Shown here piece after piece: positions 18,627 through 25,538 of a DNA stretch of 36,617 nt. Location of the stretch: the IMG/VR virus record IMGVR_UViG_3300043823_000212, positions 1 through 36,617 of that record. One strand, 5' to 3'. A model generated the notes under the pieces. The model was not told the DNA's origin, made no database searches, and saw nothing but the letters and a program-made list of their open reading frames with translations. Position 1 is the first letter of the stretch; each line of letters opens with the position of its first letter. Origin of the DNA: a virus. Taxonomy: Duplodnaviria; Caudoviricetes. The position numbers were made by a program, and so were the translations under genes.

Positions 18627-19495
18627 ACTTCCTCCTTATATTGTTGATACTGCTTACAAAAATCACGAGCCATACAGAACGACTCGCATCTTGTTCTTTC
18701 TCCGGGACGGACTTCAATCTCATAGTCTTTCCCAAGTTCTGCTTGTTTATCTATAGCATCACCTTCGTGATTGAAAACGCTAGTAGCTCGTTTGTTACCG
18801 ATCTTCTTGACTGCATATTGTGTCGGCTTCTCCCACATCTCTTCGGGAGTACATTGAGCGTAGTCTTCTCCAATTTCGGTCGCTAAAGATGCATTAGAGT
18901 GAAAGTGAATTCGCTTCTTAATAAAGTGCTCTCTATCCTCCATGCTCCATAAGGTAATAGGAATGACTTTAACGGGCGCTTCAGGATATTCAAACTTATG
19001 ATCTGCATCCCTACGGCTCCAATCACGAATGATCGCTACGATCTCTAATGCTTTAACAGGCTTACCCTTGATCTTCTCAACGAGCCACGCATACATATTG
19101 AGTTGCTGTTCCCAGTCAGACTTATCATGCATGACAGCCCATACTCCAACGGTCTTATAGTCGGAGATAATGATAGATCCATCTTCTTCACGTTGAAGGT
19201 CAATAGCGCCTGATATATCCCAGCCATCTACATGAGCATGGATACGCTCTTCAATGGTGTGATGGTCATCCTTACCAAGCTCTAGAACCGCATGGACAGC
19301 AGTTCCAAAGATAGACCAAATCTTATCAGCTACGTCTTCTTCTAATTCGTCCCAATGTTTCTTCCGCAATTGCACTAGCTGAGGCGGCGAGATCAGTTCT
19401 GTTACGGACAGATCTGCTTTCCCCTTCGTATACTTCGATCTCGATAGGACGTTCAGAAACGTCTTCGGTAAGTTGTATTTGTTTGTTATCTTCAT
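18623..19495 (-). CDS. PD-(D/E)XK exonuclease (Cas4/RecB-like)
   Basis: GTAVH, GAIDL, SDYKT, QLNMY motifs and C-terminal RC..FC....FC. Confidence 0.85.
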   Translation of the reverse strand: MKITNKYNLPKTFLNVLSRSKYTKGKADLSVTELISPPQLVQLRKKHWDELEEDVADKIWSIFGTAVHAVLELGKDDHHTIEERIHAHVDGWDISGAIDLQREEDGSIIISDYKTVGVWAVMHDKSDWEQQLNMYAWLVEKIKGKPVKALEIVAIIRDWSRRDADHKFEYPEAPVKVIPITLWSMEDREHFIKKRIHFHSNASLATEIGEDYAQCTPEEMWEKPTQYAVKKIGNKRATSVFNHEGDAIDKQAELGKDYEIEVRPGERTRCESFCMARDFCKQYQQYKEEV

Positions 19496-19653
19496 ATTCT
19501 TTCCTCATTCCATCCGTGAATAGTTTATTTCTATGTGTTATTTGGTAAATCATCCTCTCACTACATACTTTCCAACATTCCCTCCAAATCCGTATTGCTG
19601 TATCGTCCTGCCATACTACGTTCGGAAATGTTTCGTGGAACATATCGTCACAT

Positions 19654-19824
19654 TTACTCACCGAGCACCTCAATCATGTTATCAATGATGCCTTCGAGTT
19701 GTTTGGCCTCTGCGGTGATCTCACCAGCTACATCACGTGCCAGCTTGAAGTTGCGCTTAAGTAATGCCTCGTGAGCTTTCTTTACATAAGCGTTGATGTA
19801 CAGCAATGATTCTGAATAATCCAT
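19654..19824 (-). CDS. Hypothetical protein (first gene of the leftward recombination operon)
   Basis: GAGG SD before ATG at 19824, downstream of a strong promoter. Confidence 0.6.
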   Translation of the reverse strand: MDYSESLLYINAYVKKAHEALLKRNFKLARDVAGEITAEAKQLEGIIDNMIEVLGE

Positions 19825-19859
19825 ATATCCTCTCTTTGTTAAACTGCAATCCGAAGTGT

Positions 19860-19888
19860 AGAATATCAAGGTAAATTTCTAATGTCAA
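19860..19888 (-). promoter_or_regulatory. Strong sigma70 promoter for the leftward operon
   Basis: TTGACA-17-TATTCT with extended -10 TG. Confidence 0.75.
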
Positions 19889-19910
19889 TAGGTCATACCC
19901 ATATAAAATA

Positions 19911-20264
19911 ATGTCAGTAACTTTAGAACTTCCTTACCCTCCTAGCGTGAACGCATATTGGATGGCATCTGGTCACCGGCGCTACATATCTAAGCGCGGT
20001 ACAGAGTTTAAGAAAGCTGTAGCAGAAGCCTGCATAGGGTTGCCAAGCTTTGGGGATCAGCCCGTAGAACTGTCAGTAATCCTCCATCCAAGAGATAAGC
20101 GACTAATGGATATAGATAACTGTGGAAAGGCAATATGCGATTCATTACAAGGGTATCTGTACGAAGACGATCAGCAAGTCTGGAAGCTGACTATTGAACG
20201 TGCCGAAAAGATTAAGGGCGGAGGATGCGTAGTGACCATCAAGGAATATCATAAACATGAATAG
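19911..20264 (+). CDS. rusA: RusA-family Holliday junction resolvase
   Basis: LPYPPSVN.YW, D.R.MDIDN..K...DSL, DDQQV motifs. Confidence 0.9.
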   Translation: MSVTLELPYPPSVNAYWMASGHRRYISKRGTEFKKAVAEACIGLPSFGDQPVELSVILHPRDKRLMDIDNCGKAICDSLQGYLYEDDQQVWKLTIERAEKIKGGGCVVTIKEYHKHE

Positions 20265-20351
20265 ACTGTAGCAAAGTCAATTCATCACTTAAGTCATGAA
20301 TATATTTGTTTAGGTGCGTGATGCACCAATTTGTTGATGGGTGACACAATA

Positions 20352-20392
20352 AAAAACTGAAAAACTAGAAAAACTGAAAAACTGGGAAACTG
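20352..20392. repeat. Tandem degenerate 8-9 bp repeats (AAAAACTG, about 5 units)
   Basis: aaaaactg aaaaactag aaaaactg aaaaactg ggaaactg. Confidence 0.75.
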
Positions 20393-20504
20393 GGGACGAT
20401 GAAAAGTTACCTTAAATCAGCTATTTCAGGGTATTGACAGAACTAGATTTAGTAGGTGAGCAAATAAATTCCCCTAAATGTTGATTTATGTGTATACTTC
20501 ACTT

Positions 20505-20590
20505 GCGGGTTTCTTCATTTCCCGCTCCTCCATGCACACATCCTCCGTGCACTCAAAACTCCGGGCTTAATCCACCCGGAGTTTTTCTTT
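20505..20590 (+). ncRNA. Putative ~86-nt small RNA with three hairpins and CU-rich loops
   Basis: TATACT -10 at 20493-20498; stems GCGGG/CCCGC and TGCAC/GTGCA followed by a terminator hairpin. Confidence 0.5.
20555..20590 (+). terminator. Intrinsic terminator (possibly bidirectional)
   Basis: AAAACTCCGGG-9 nt loop-CCCGGAGTTTT followed by TCTTT. Confidence 0.75.
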
Positions 20591-20594
20591 TGGT

Positions 20595-20659
20595 TGGCAA
20601 CGTTGCCAGATGACTTAAACTACATTAACAATTGTCTATAAGTTATTGATTCTAAAGGA
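20595..20659. repeat. 65-bp element, copy A: TGGCAACGTTGCCA palindrome plus IHF-consensus site
   Basis: Ungapped match to 33475-33539 (50/65 identical by hand count); TAAGTTATTGATT at 20639-20651. Confidence 0.8.
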
Positions 20660-20718
20660 TATTTGGTTAAATTGGCATCATAAAGTACCTAAAAAATCGG
20701 CAATAAGTACAAAATAAA

Positions 20719-20747
20719 TTGCACGGGTACAAATTCTTGTGTATACT
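20719..20747 (+). promoter_or_regulatory. Sigma70 promoter
   Basis: TTGCAC-17-TATACT with A-rich upstream sequence. Confidence 0.7.
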
Positions 20748-20753
20748 TTCCAT

Positions 20754-21137
20754 GCCGATAGGGATATTGGTGTATTATTCTAGGAGCGAAGGCCTTTTAG
20801 GTCTGTTATTTCGCACAACGTAAGTTTTGCCTAGAAGATTTACGCTGTGTTATATCCTAGAAATAGCAGATTTGAGAGGCTTTTTCTTTTTCTATCAGCC
20901 TAGCCCGTTCTCTTCGTGTTGTGACGGTAAAGGTGCAGTAAACCCCCTAGAAGATAAATGGTGGTAAAACACCCTTCCCTATCCGGATTGCTTGGATAGA
21001 GTGGAGAACCGTCCTGTAATGGATAGACCGATGACGTGATAATGACAGACCTAGGCACGACAAAGACATCGAAGCAATTGTGCAATAAACTCAGCAAGAC
21101 TGAAAAAACACCTGTTCCTCATAGTAGGGATAGGTGT
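20754..21137 (+). ncRNA. Putative large structured ncRNA or leader RNA
   Basis: 25-bp and 16-bp nested stems plus further 7-12 bp stems; nearly all departures from perfect inverted repeats are G-U pairs on the + strand; no long + strand ORF. Confidence 0.65.
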
Positions 21138-21166
21138 GTCCAAAATCTAGCAATCCTGAAGGAGAG

Positions 21167-21316
21167 ATGATGAAATGTGAGTGCGGATTAAGTTTTTATA
21201 AAGTTAACTGGATTAAGAACAGGCTAAAAGGTTACTGTTCAGAAAAATGTAGGAGGAAATTTATAGTGGAAAAGTGGGCAAAACGGAAAAGTAACTTAGT
21301 GACATTGTTGGGGTAG
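21167..21316 (+). CDS. Small Cys-rich (Zn-finger-like) protein
   Basis: CEC...YCSEKC; AAGGAG SD. Confidence 0.5.
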   Translation: MMKCECGLSFYKVNWIKNRLKGYCSEKCRRKFIVEKWAKRKSNLVTLLG

Positions 21317-21319
21317 GGT

Positions 21320-21514
21320 ATGACCTATGTACAAAGTTTTTTTAAAGTGGTATTCTTGTCTTTAGTTGTAGTGTTAGTAGTAAACCTGATTAAGGTAGCG
21401 GTGGATTACGCTTTATTACCTAAAGTCTATGCCTGTTCAGAAGTGACGGGCGATGACCCAATCATGGTTCAAATGAAATGTCATAAATGGAGGAAAAATG
21501 AATCTAAGCAATGA
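21320..21514 (+). CDS. Small membrane-anchored protein
   Basis: N-terminal hydrophobic helix and two Cys. Confidence 0.55.
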   Translation: MTYVQSFFKVVFLSLVVVLVVNLIKVAVDYALLPKVYACSEVTGDDPIMVQMKCHKWRKNESKQ

Positions 21515-21713
21515 AAGTTTGGATGATGCCATAAAAAGCATGAGGGATTCGATTGGCAACAGAGCTATCAAAGCCAAGCCGACTACTTTATTGGTGTATC
21601 CACCATATCTAAAAATGGCGCTAAGAATTCTTGGATTGATTAAGCAACCAGTACAAAAGGCATCAGGATTACGTAAACGCAAGAAAGCACTTTATTGGAG
21701 GAAAACAGTATGA
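21498..21713 (+). CDS. Hypothetical protein
   Basis: GGAGG SD. Confidence 0.55.
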   Translation: MNLSNESLDDAIKSMRDSIGNRAIKAKPTTLLVYPPYLKMALRILGLIKQPVQKASGLRKRKKALYWRKTV

Positions 21714-22006
21714 GTTACGATAATTGGTTAATGAGTGGCGCACATTACGGTGAAGATGAGAAAATTTACATCGAGAACCGCATAGATGAATTAATGTATG
21801 AGGAGTTTGATCCATCTGATGCAGGCCATATTGCAGAAGCAATCTCTGAAGCGTCCGAAGACGATCAGCAAACGATCCGTGATTACATAGAACAAAAAGC
21901 GTGGGACAAACTTGGTCTTAAGTTATATGACATAAGCTACGAATACATGGAACGCTTTGCAGAATTAACGGCGCAACGAGAAGTAGAACAGGGAGCTCAT
22001 CTATGA
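21710..22006 (+). CDS. Hypothetical acidic protein
   Basis: GGAGG SD; ATGA coupling. Confidence 0.65.
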   Translation: MSYDNWLMSGAHYGEDEKIYIENRIDELMYEEFDPSDAGHIAEAISEASEDDQQTIRDYIEQKAWDKLGLKLYDISYEYMERFAELTAQREVEQGAHL

Positions 22007-22182
22007 GCAGACAACCAGATGGCGCTGGAAAGGGCGATTTGAGCAGACCTCTAGGAGTTCCTATGGAGACGTTCGATAACAACTGGGATGCTATCTTTAA
22101 GAAGAAGCCCGTAGATCAACCAAGTGTAGAAGAAATCGGAAAGCAATTAGAAGAAAATGATAGAGCTAGACGAACTGATTAG
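22003..22182 (+). CDS. 59-aa phage protein
   Basis: Read by hand: MSRQPDGAGKGDLSRP...FDNNWDAIFKKK; ATGA coupling. Confidence 0.65.
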   Translation: MSRQPDGAGKGDLSRPLGVPMETFDNNWDAIFKKKPVDQPSVEEIGKQLEENDRARRTD

Positions 22183-22226
22183 AGTAGTGTTACCGTTGTT
22201 ACCAAAAACACAGAGGATTAAGGATT

Positions 22227-22394
22227 ATGAACTATGGAACGCAATACCAAATCTTAGACGAACAAGGCGAATTCATGCGTATTGTCAAACGCAAGGAGGA
22301 GGCGCTCGCACTCACCGCACTACGCACAGGCTGGACATTCATACGAGTAACGGTTAAAAGGCCGCAATATCAATTTGAGGAGGCTCCGTTTTGA
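22227..22394 (+). CDS. 55-aa hypothetical protein
   Basis: Read by hand: MNYGTQYQILDEQGE...FEEAPF; SD upstream; overlaps the next start. Confidence 0.55.
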   Translation: MNYGTQYQILDEQGEFMRIVKRKEEALALTALRTGWTFIRVTVKRPQYQFEEAPF

Positions 22395-22702
22395 AATCCC
22401 ACTACTGCCCCGAGGAAAAAGGTGAGGTTCAATATGATGGTCAATGTAACTGGTGTGGAGAGAAAGAAATGAACGTAGACAAACTGATCATCGATTTGGA
22501 ATGCACGGCCAGCGATGTGGAATACGGTGAAGGAGTATGTGATTGGAAGCTACTAAACGACGCCGCCAATATGCTTCGTTCCCAAGCTGCCCAACTGGAA
22601 GAATCCCGAGCAGCAAACCATCGACTTACTGAATTGATTACACTGCAACGTGAGCACATTGAAGAGTTGCGTCAAGAAATATACAAATTGAAAGGACAGT
22701 GA
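22391..22702 (+). CDS. Hypothetical protein with Cys motif and coiled coil
   Basis: GAGGAGG SD; HYCP...CNWCG motif; AANMLRSQA segment. Confidence 0.6.
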   Translation: MKSHYCPEEKGEVQYDGQCNWCGEKEMNVDKLIIDLECTASDVEYGEGVCDWKLLNDAANMLRSQAAQLEESRAANHRLTELITLQREHIEELRQEIYKLKGQ

Positions 22703-22811
22703 TGAAAGAATTTGCCATTTGTTTTATCTTGTTTGTTGCTTCTTTTGGCCTTGGTTTTATGTCAGCAATCGTTAGCATAAATTTGGCATTAACTGCATTG
22801 AGGGATCAGAA

Positions 22812-23357
22812 ATGAACGCTTTTGAAATGGCAGATAATTTATGTGTTTGGGCTGAAGATATTTATGGGGGAAACATATTTTTTAACAATGTAGCCAATAT
22901 GCTTCGCCAACAAGCGGACAGAATAGCGGAGTTGGAGCTAACGGAAAAATCCGCACCAACTCAATCAAATGAACTTTCAAAAGTCCAATCTACATTAGCA
23001 AAATACGCAAAACGAGTTATGGAAGCAGATAAGAGAATAGCAGAGTTGGAAAAGCAACTAGCTTTTATGGAAGGCGAGTACCCCGAGCCAACTATTGTGG
23101 AGAAGATGACCGAGTTTGAAAGCCTAGAACAGGCTTGCAAAAGAATTGCCGAGTTGGAAAAGCAACTTAAACATTGGACAACACCTTGCCAGCCTTTATG
23201 TAAACCAAGCGTCTGTGACTGCATAACACCACAAACAAAGCCATTAAGTGATGAGGAAAGGGTTGACTTCACGGTAAGAATTTATAACTGCCGAACTGGT
23301 GCGGAAGCCCGTGAAATTGTTTTGGCAATAGAAGCTAAAGTAAGGGGAGAGAAATGA
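22812..23357 (+). CDS. Mosaic nin-region-like protein with three RIAELE repeats
   Basis: Internal repeats; KPLSDEE...AIEAKVRG C-terminus. Confidence 0.65.
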   Translation: MNAFEMADNLCVWAEDIYGGNIFFNNVANMLRQQADRIAELELTEKSAPTQSNELSKVQSTLAKYAKRVMEADKRIAELEKQLAFMEGEYPEPTIVEKMTEFESLEQACKRIAELEKQLKHWTTPCQPLCKPSVCDCITPQTKPLSDEERVDFTVRIYNCRTGAEAREIVLAIEAKVRGEK

Positions 23358-23455
23358 AGTTAAAAGATTGTTTCTTTTTTATGTTGGTTTGTTTTCTTAT
23401 GGGTGTTGCTTTTGGCTATTTGTGGTTTGGAATAAAGTAAGGGGAGAGAAATGAA
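23336..23455 (+). repeat. 23-bp exact direct repeats flanking a 28-aa membrane peptide ORF (23354-23440)
   Basis: TAAAGTAAGGGGAGAGAAATGAA at 23336-23358 and 23433-23455. Confidence 0.85.
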
Positions 23456-23621
23456 CCACCAAGAATACACATTTATTACACCACCAAAACCAGTAGGTTA
23501 TTGGATTTTATATCCACAACAAGGTGCTTATAAAACTCAATTTGCTATGTATTACAGGCCAACAGATGAGCAGATTAAAAATACAGAGGAATTACTTGGA
23601 TGGGGATGGATTGATGAATGA
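23451..23621 (+). CDS. 56-aa hypothetical protein
   Basis: Read by hand; strong SD; ATGA overlap with ppk2. Confidence 0.6.
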   Translation: MNHQEYTFITPPKPVGYWILYPQQGAYKTQFAMYYRPTDEQIKNTEELLGWGWIDE

Positions 23622-24373
23622 GCACGATAGATCAAACTGAAGAATCACCACGCAACCTCATCAGCCTAAAAGACTATGAGGCCCGCAAATATCTACTACA
23701 AATCGAACTACTGAAATGGCAAAACCATGTTAAAGAAGCTAATACACAACATATCATTATCTTTGAAGGACGTGACGCTGCCGGTAAGGGTGGCGCTATT
23801 AAACGCTTTATGGAGCACCTTAACCCGAGGACAGCAAGGGTGGTGGCTCTTAACAAACCAACTGATGCGGAGACCAGAGAATGGTACTGGCAAAGATACA
23901 TCGCTCAGTTTCCCCACGCAGGAGAAATCACATTTTGGGACCGGTCTTGGTATAACAGAGCAGGCGTTGAATCAGTTCTTGGATTCGCTAGCGCAACACA
24001 AATTGAACGCTTCTACGTTGAATGCTCTCAACTTGAAAGAATCTGGCAAGAAGCCGGCATCAAAATCATCAAATTCTGGTACTCTGTCAACAAAAAAGAG
24101 CAAGCCCGTCGCTTTAAAGAACGTGAAACCCACCCGCTCAAGCTCGGAAAGCTCAGTGAAATCGACATCCTCAGCCAAGACAAGTGGGAAGACTACACCA
24201 AAGCCAAAGACCGCATGTTCAAAGAAACCGAAAACTGGGTACAAGTCAAAAGCAACTGCAAAAGGAGCGCTAGAATAGCCTCTATGCAATATGTGCTCCT
24301 AAATAATGATTATTGGGGTAAAAACATGGATAATATTGGGGAGATCAATACCGCAATTTTGAAGGAACTATGA
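23618..24373 (+). CDS. ppk2: Polyphosphate kinase 2 (class I-like)
   Basis: FEGRDAAGKGG Walker A, LNPR, WY.QRY, DRSWYNRAGVE and lid EQARRF..R...PLK..KLS motifs. Confidence 0.93.
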   Translation: MSTIDQTEESPRNLISLKDYEARKYLLQIELLKWQNHVKEANTQHIIIFEGRDAAGKGGAIKRFMEHLNPRTARVVALNKPTDAETREWYWQRYIAQFPHAGEITFWDRSWYNRAGVESVLGFASATQIERFYVECSQLERIWQEAGIKIIKFWYSVNKKEQARRFKERETHPLKLGKLSEIDILSQDKWEDYTKAKDRMFKETENWVQVKSNCKRSARIASMQYVLLNNDYWGKNMDNIGEINTAILKEL

Positions 24374-24672
24374 TGGCAACAAAGAAAGAAACAATAAAAG
24401 TACCAGCGATTAAAGAGAAGTCAGGTAAAGTAGTGACTGCTCCGTCTAAAGCGTGGTCTCACGAGGAGCTTATTATCAAGGAGGGTAAGAAAGCGAAGGG
24501 AGCTAAGCATGAATTTGAAACATCTTCTGGTAAAATAGTAGATCGTAAGAAAGCGGCAAAGATCGCAGAGAAAGCTGGAGAAGTTCCTAAGAGCGTAGGT
24601 AAGAAGTTACACTCTCATGATCTCCGTAAAGCAGAGCGCATTAAAAAGTTAAAAGAAAAAAACATTAAGTAA
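24370..24672 (+). CDS. Basic Lys-rich phage protein
   Basis: F.TSSG..VDRKKA..IA..AG...LHS.DL pattern. Confidence 0.6.
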   Translation: MMATKKETIKVPAIKEKSGKVVTAPSKAWSHEELIIKEGKKAKGAKHEFETSSGKIVDRKKAAKIAEKAGEVPKSVGKKLHSHDLRKAERIKKLKEKNIK

Positions 24673-24684
24673 GAGAGGATAAAA

Positions 24685-25440
24685 ATGAAGATTAAGTTAC
24701 AAGACATCACTATTGATGCGGATATGCAAAGCCGTGACTCAGTAGATGAAGCTATCGTTAATCAATACGCAGAATGTATGCAGGAAGGGTCTAAATTCCC
24801 TCCTGTAACGATTCATACAGATGGTGAGACCAACTGGCTTACCGATGGATTTAAACGCTACTACGCCTCATTAAAGAACGGCTATGAGGATATTGAAGTA
24901 GTCATCCATAAAGGTAGCCGTAGAGATGCGGAGAAGTTCTCTTGGGGCGTCAATGATAAGCACGGTCAACCTAGATCATTAGCGACTAAGCGCTTGATTG
25001 TTATGAAGGTTTTAGATGATCCTGAATACGCAGATCAACTTGACCGAGAGATTGCCCGTGTTACCAACCTATCGCATACGTTCATCGCCAATATGCGTAA
25101 GGAATTAAAGAAGCCACATCCAGTAAAGACAGAGAAGCCCGTTAAACTGAATACAGTAGTAGAAGCTCCACTTGAAGAAGATCATGTCCTTAAAGAGTTA
25201 GCGGATCTTAACAAAGAACTTCACGAAGAGAACCAAAAATACCGAGATCAGGAGATGGTTCTTACCGGAGATAAAGCAACAACATTTAGTGAGATTGAAG
25301 ATTTACGTAAGCAAATCAATATCTTAGAGATGGAACTGACTGCTGTTAAGAATACTCGTGACCAATTGCAATCTAAAAATGCAGAGTTGATTAAGTCCGT
25401 CAACTACTGGAAAAAGAAATACGAAAAAATAGCAAGCTAG
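24685..25440 (+). CDS. ParB/Srx-domain protein with HTH and coiled coil
   Basis: Q.R...V.QYA...FPPV....LTDGFKR N-domain; DREIARVTNLSHTFIAN HTH. Confidence 0.75.
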   Translation: MKIKLQDITIDADMQSRDSVDEAIVNQYAECMQEGSKFPPVTIHTDGETNWLTDGFKRYYASLKNGYEDIEVVIHKGSRRDAEKFSWGVNDKHGQPRSLATKRLIVMKVLDDPEYADQLDREIARVTNLSHTFIANMRKELKKPHPVKTEKPVKLNTVVEAPLEEDHVLKELADLNKELHEENQKYRDQEMVLTGDKATTFSEIEDLRKQINILEMELTAVKNTRDQLQSKNAELIKSVNYWKKKYEKIAS

Positions 25441-25465
25441 TAAAAACACTAGCTGTTTAACAATC

Positions 25466-25528
25466 GGGAAGTCTGTATCATTAACTCATGTTTCACGTGC
25501 ATGGGGATACAGCTTCCCAGCCTTTTTT
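25466..25528 (+). promoter_or_regulatory. Bulged long hairpin plus U-tract (attenuator-like) upstream of the helicase
   Basis: GGGAAG(T)CTGTATC/GATACAGCTTCCC outer stem, CTCATGT/GCATGGG inner stem, then CCTTTTTT. Confidence 0.55.
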
Positions 25529-25538
25529 GGAAATAGAG

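Noticed and set aside
19326-19673. 115-aa minus-strand ORF
   Set aside because: Overlaps the exonuclease by ~170 nt; the 5' part may be a real gene but I cannot fix its boundaries
20352-20392. Short repeats as a CRISPR array
   Set aside because: Units are 8-9 bp with no spacers; the Cas4-like nuclease fits a phage recombination module
20434-20462. TTGACA as a + strand promoter
   Set aside because: No acceptable -10 at 16-18 bp spacing
20900-21097. 65-aa minus-strand ORF
   Set aside because: TTG start, no recognisable motif, and antisense to the structured + strand RNA
22157-22357. 66-aa ORF from the track
   Set aside because: The shorter ORFs 22003-22182 and 22227-22394 have better SD sequences and coupling
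23727-24278. 183-aa alternative-frame ORF inside ppk2
   Set aside because: Composition is typical of a shifted reading frame, with no independent support
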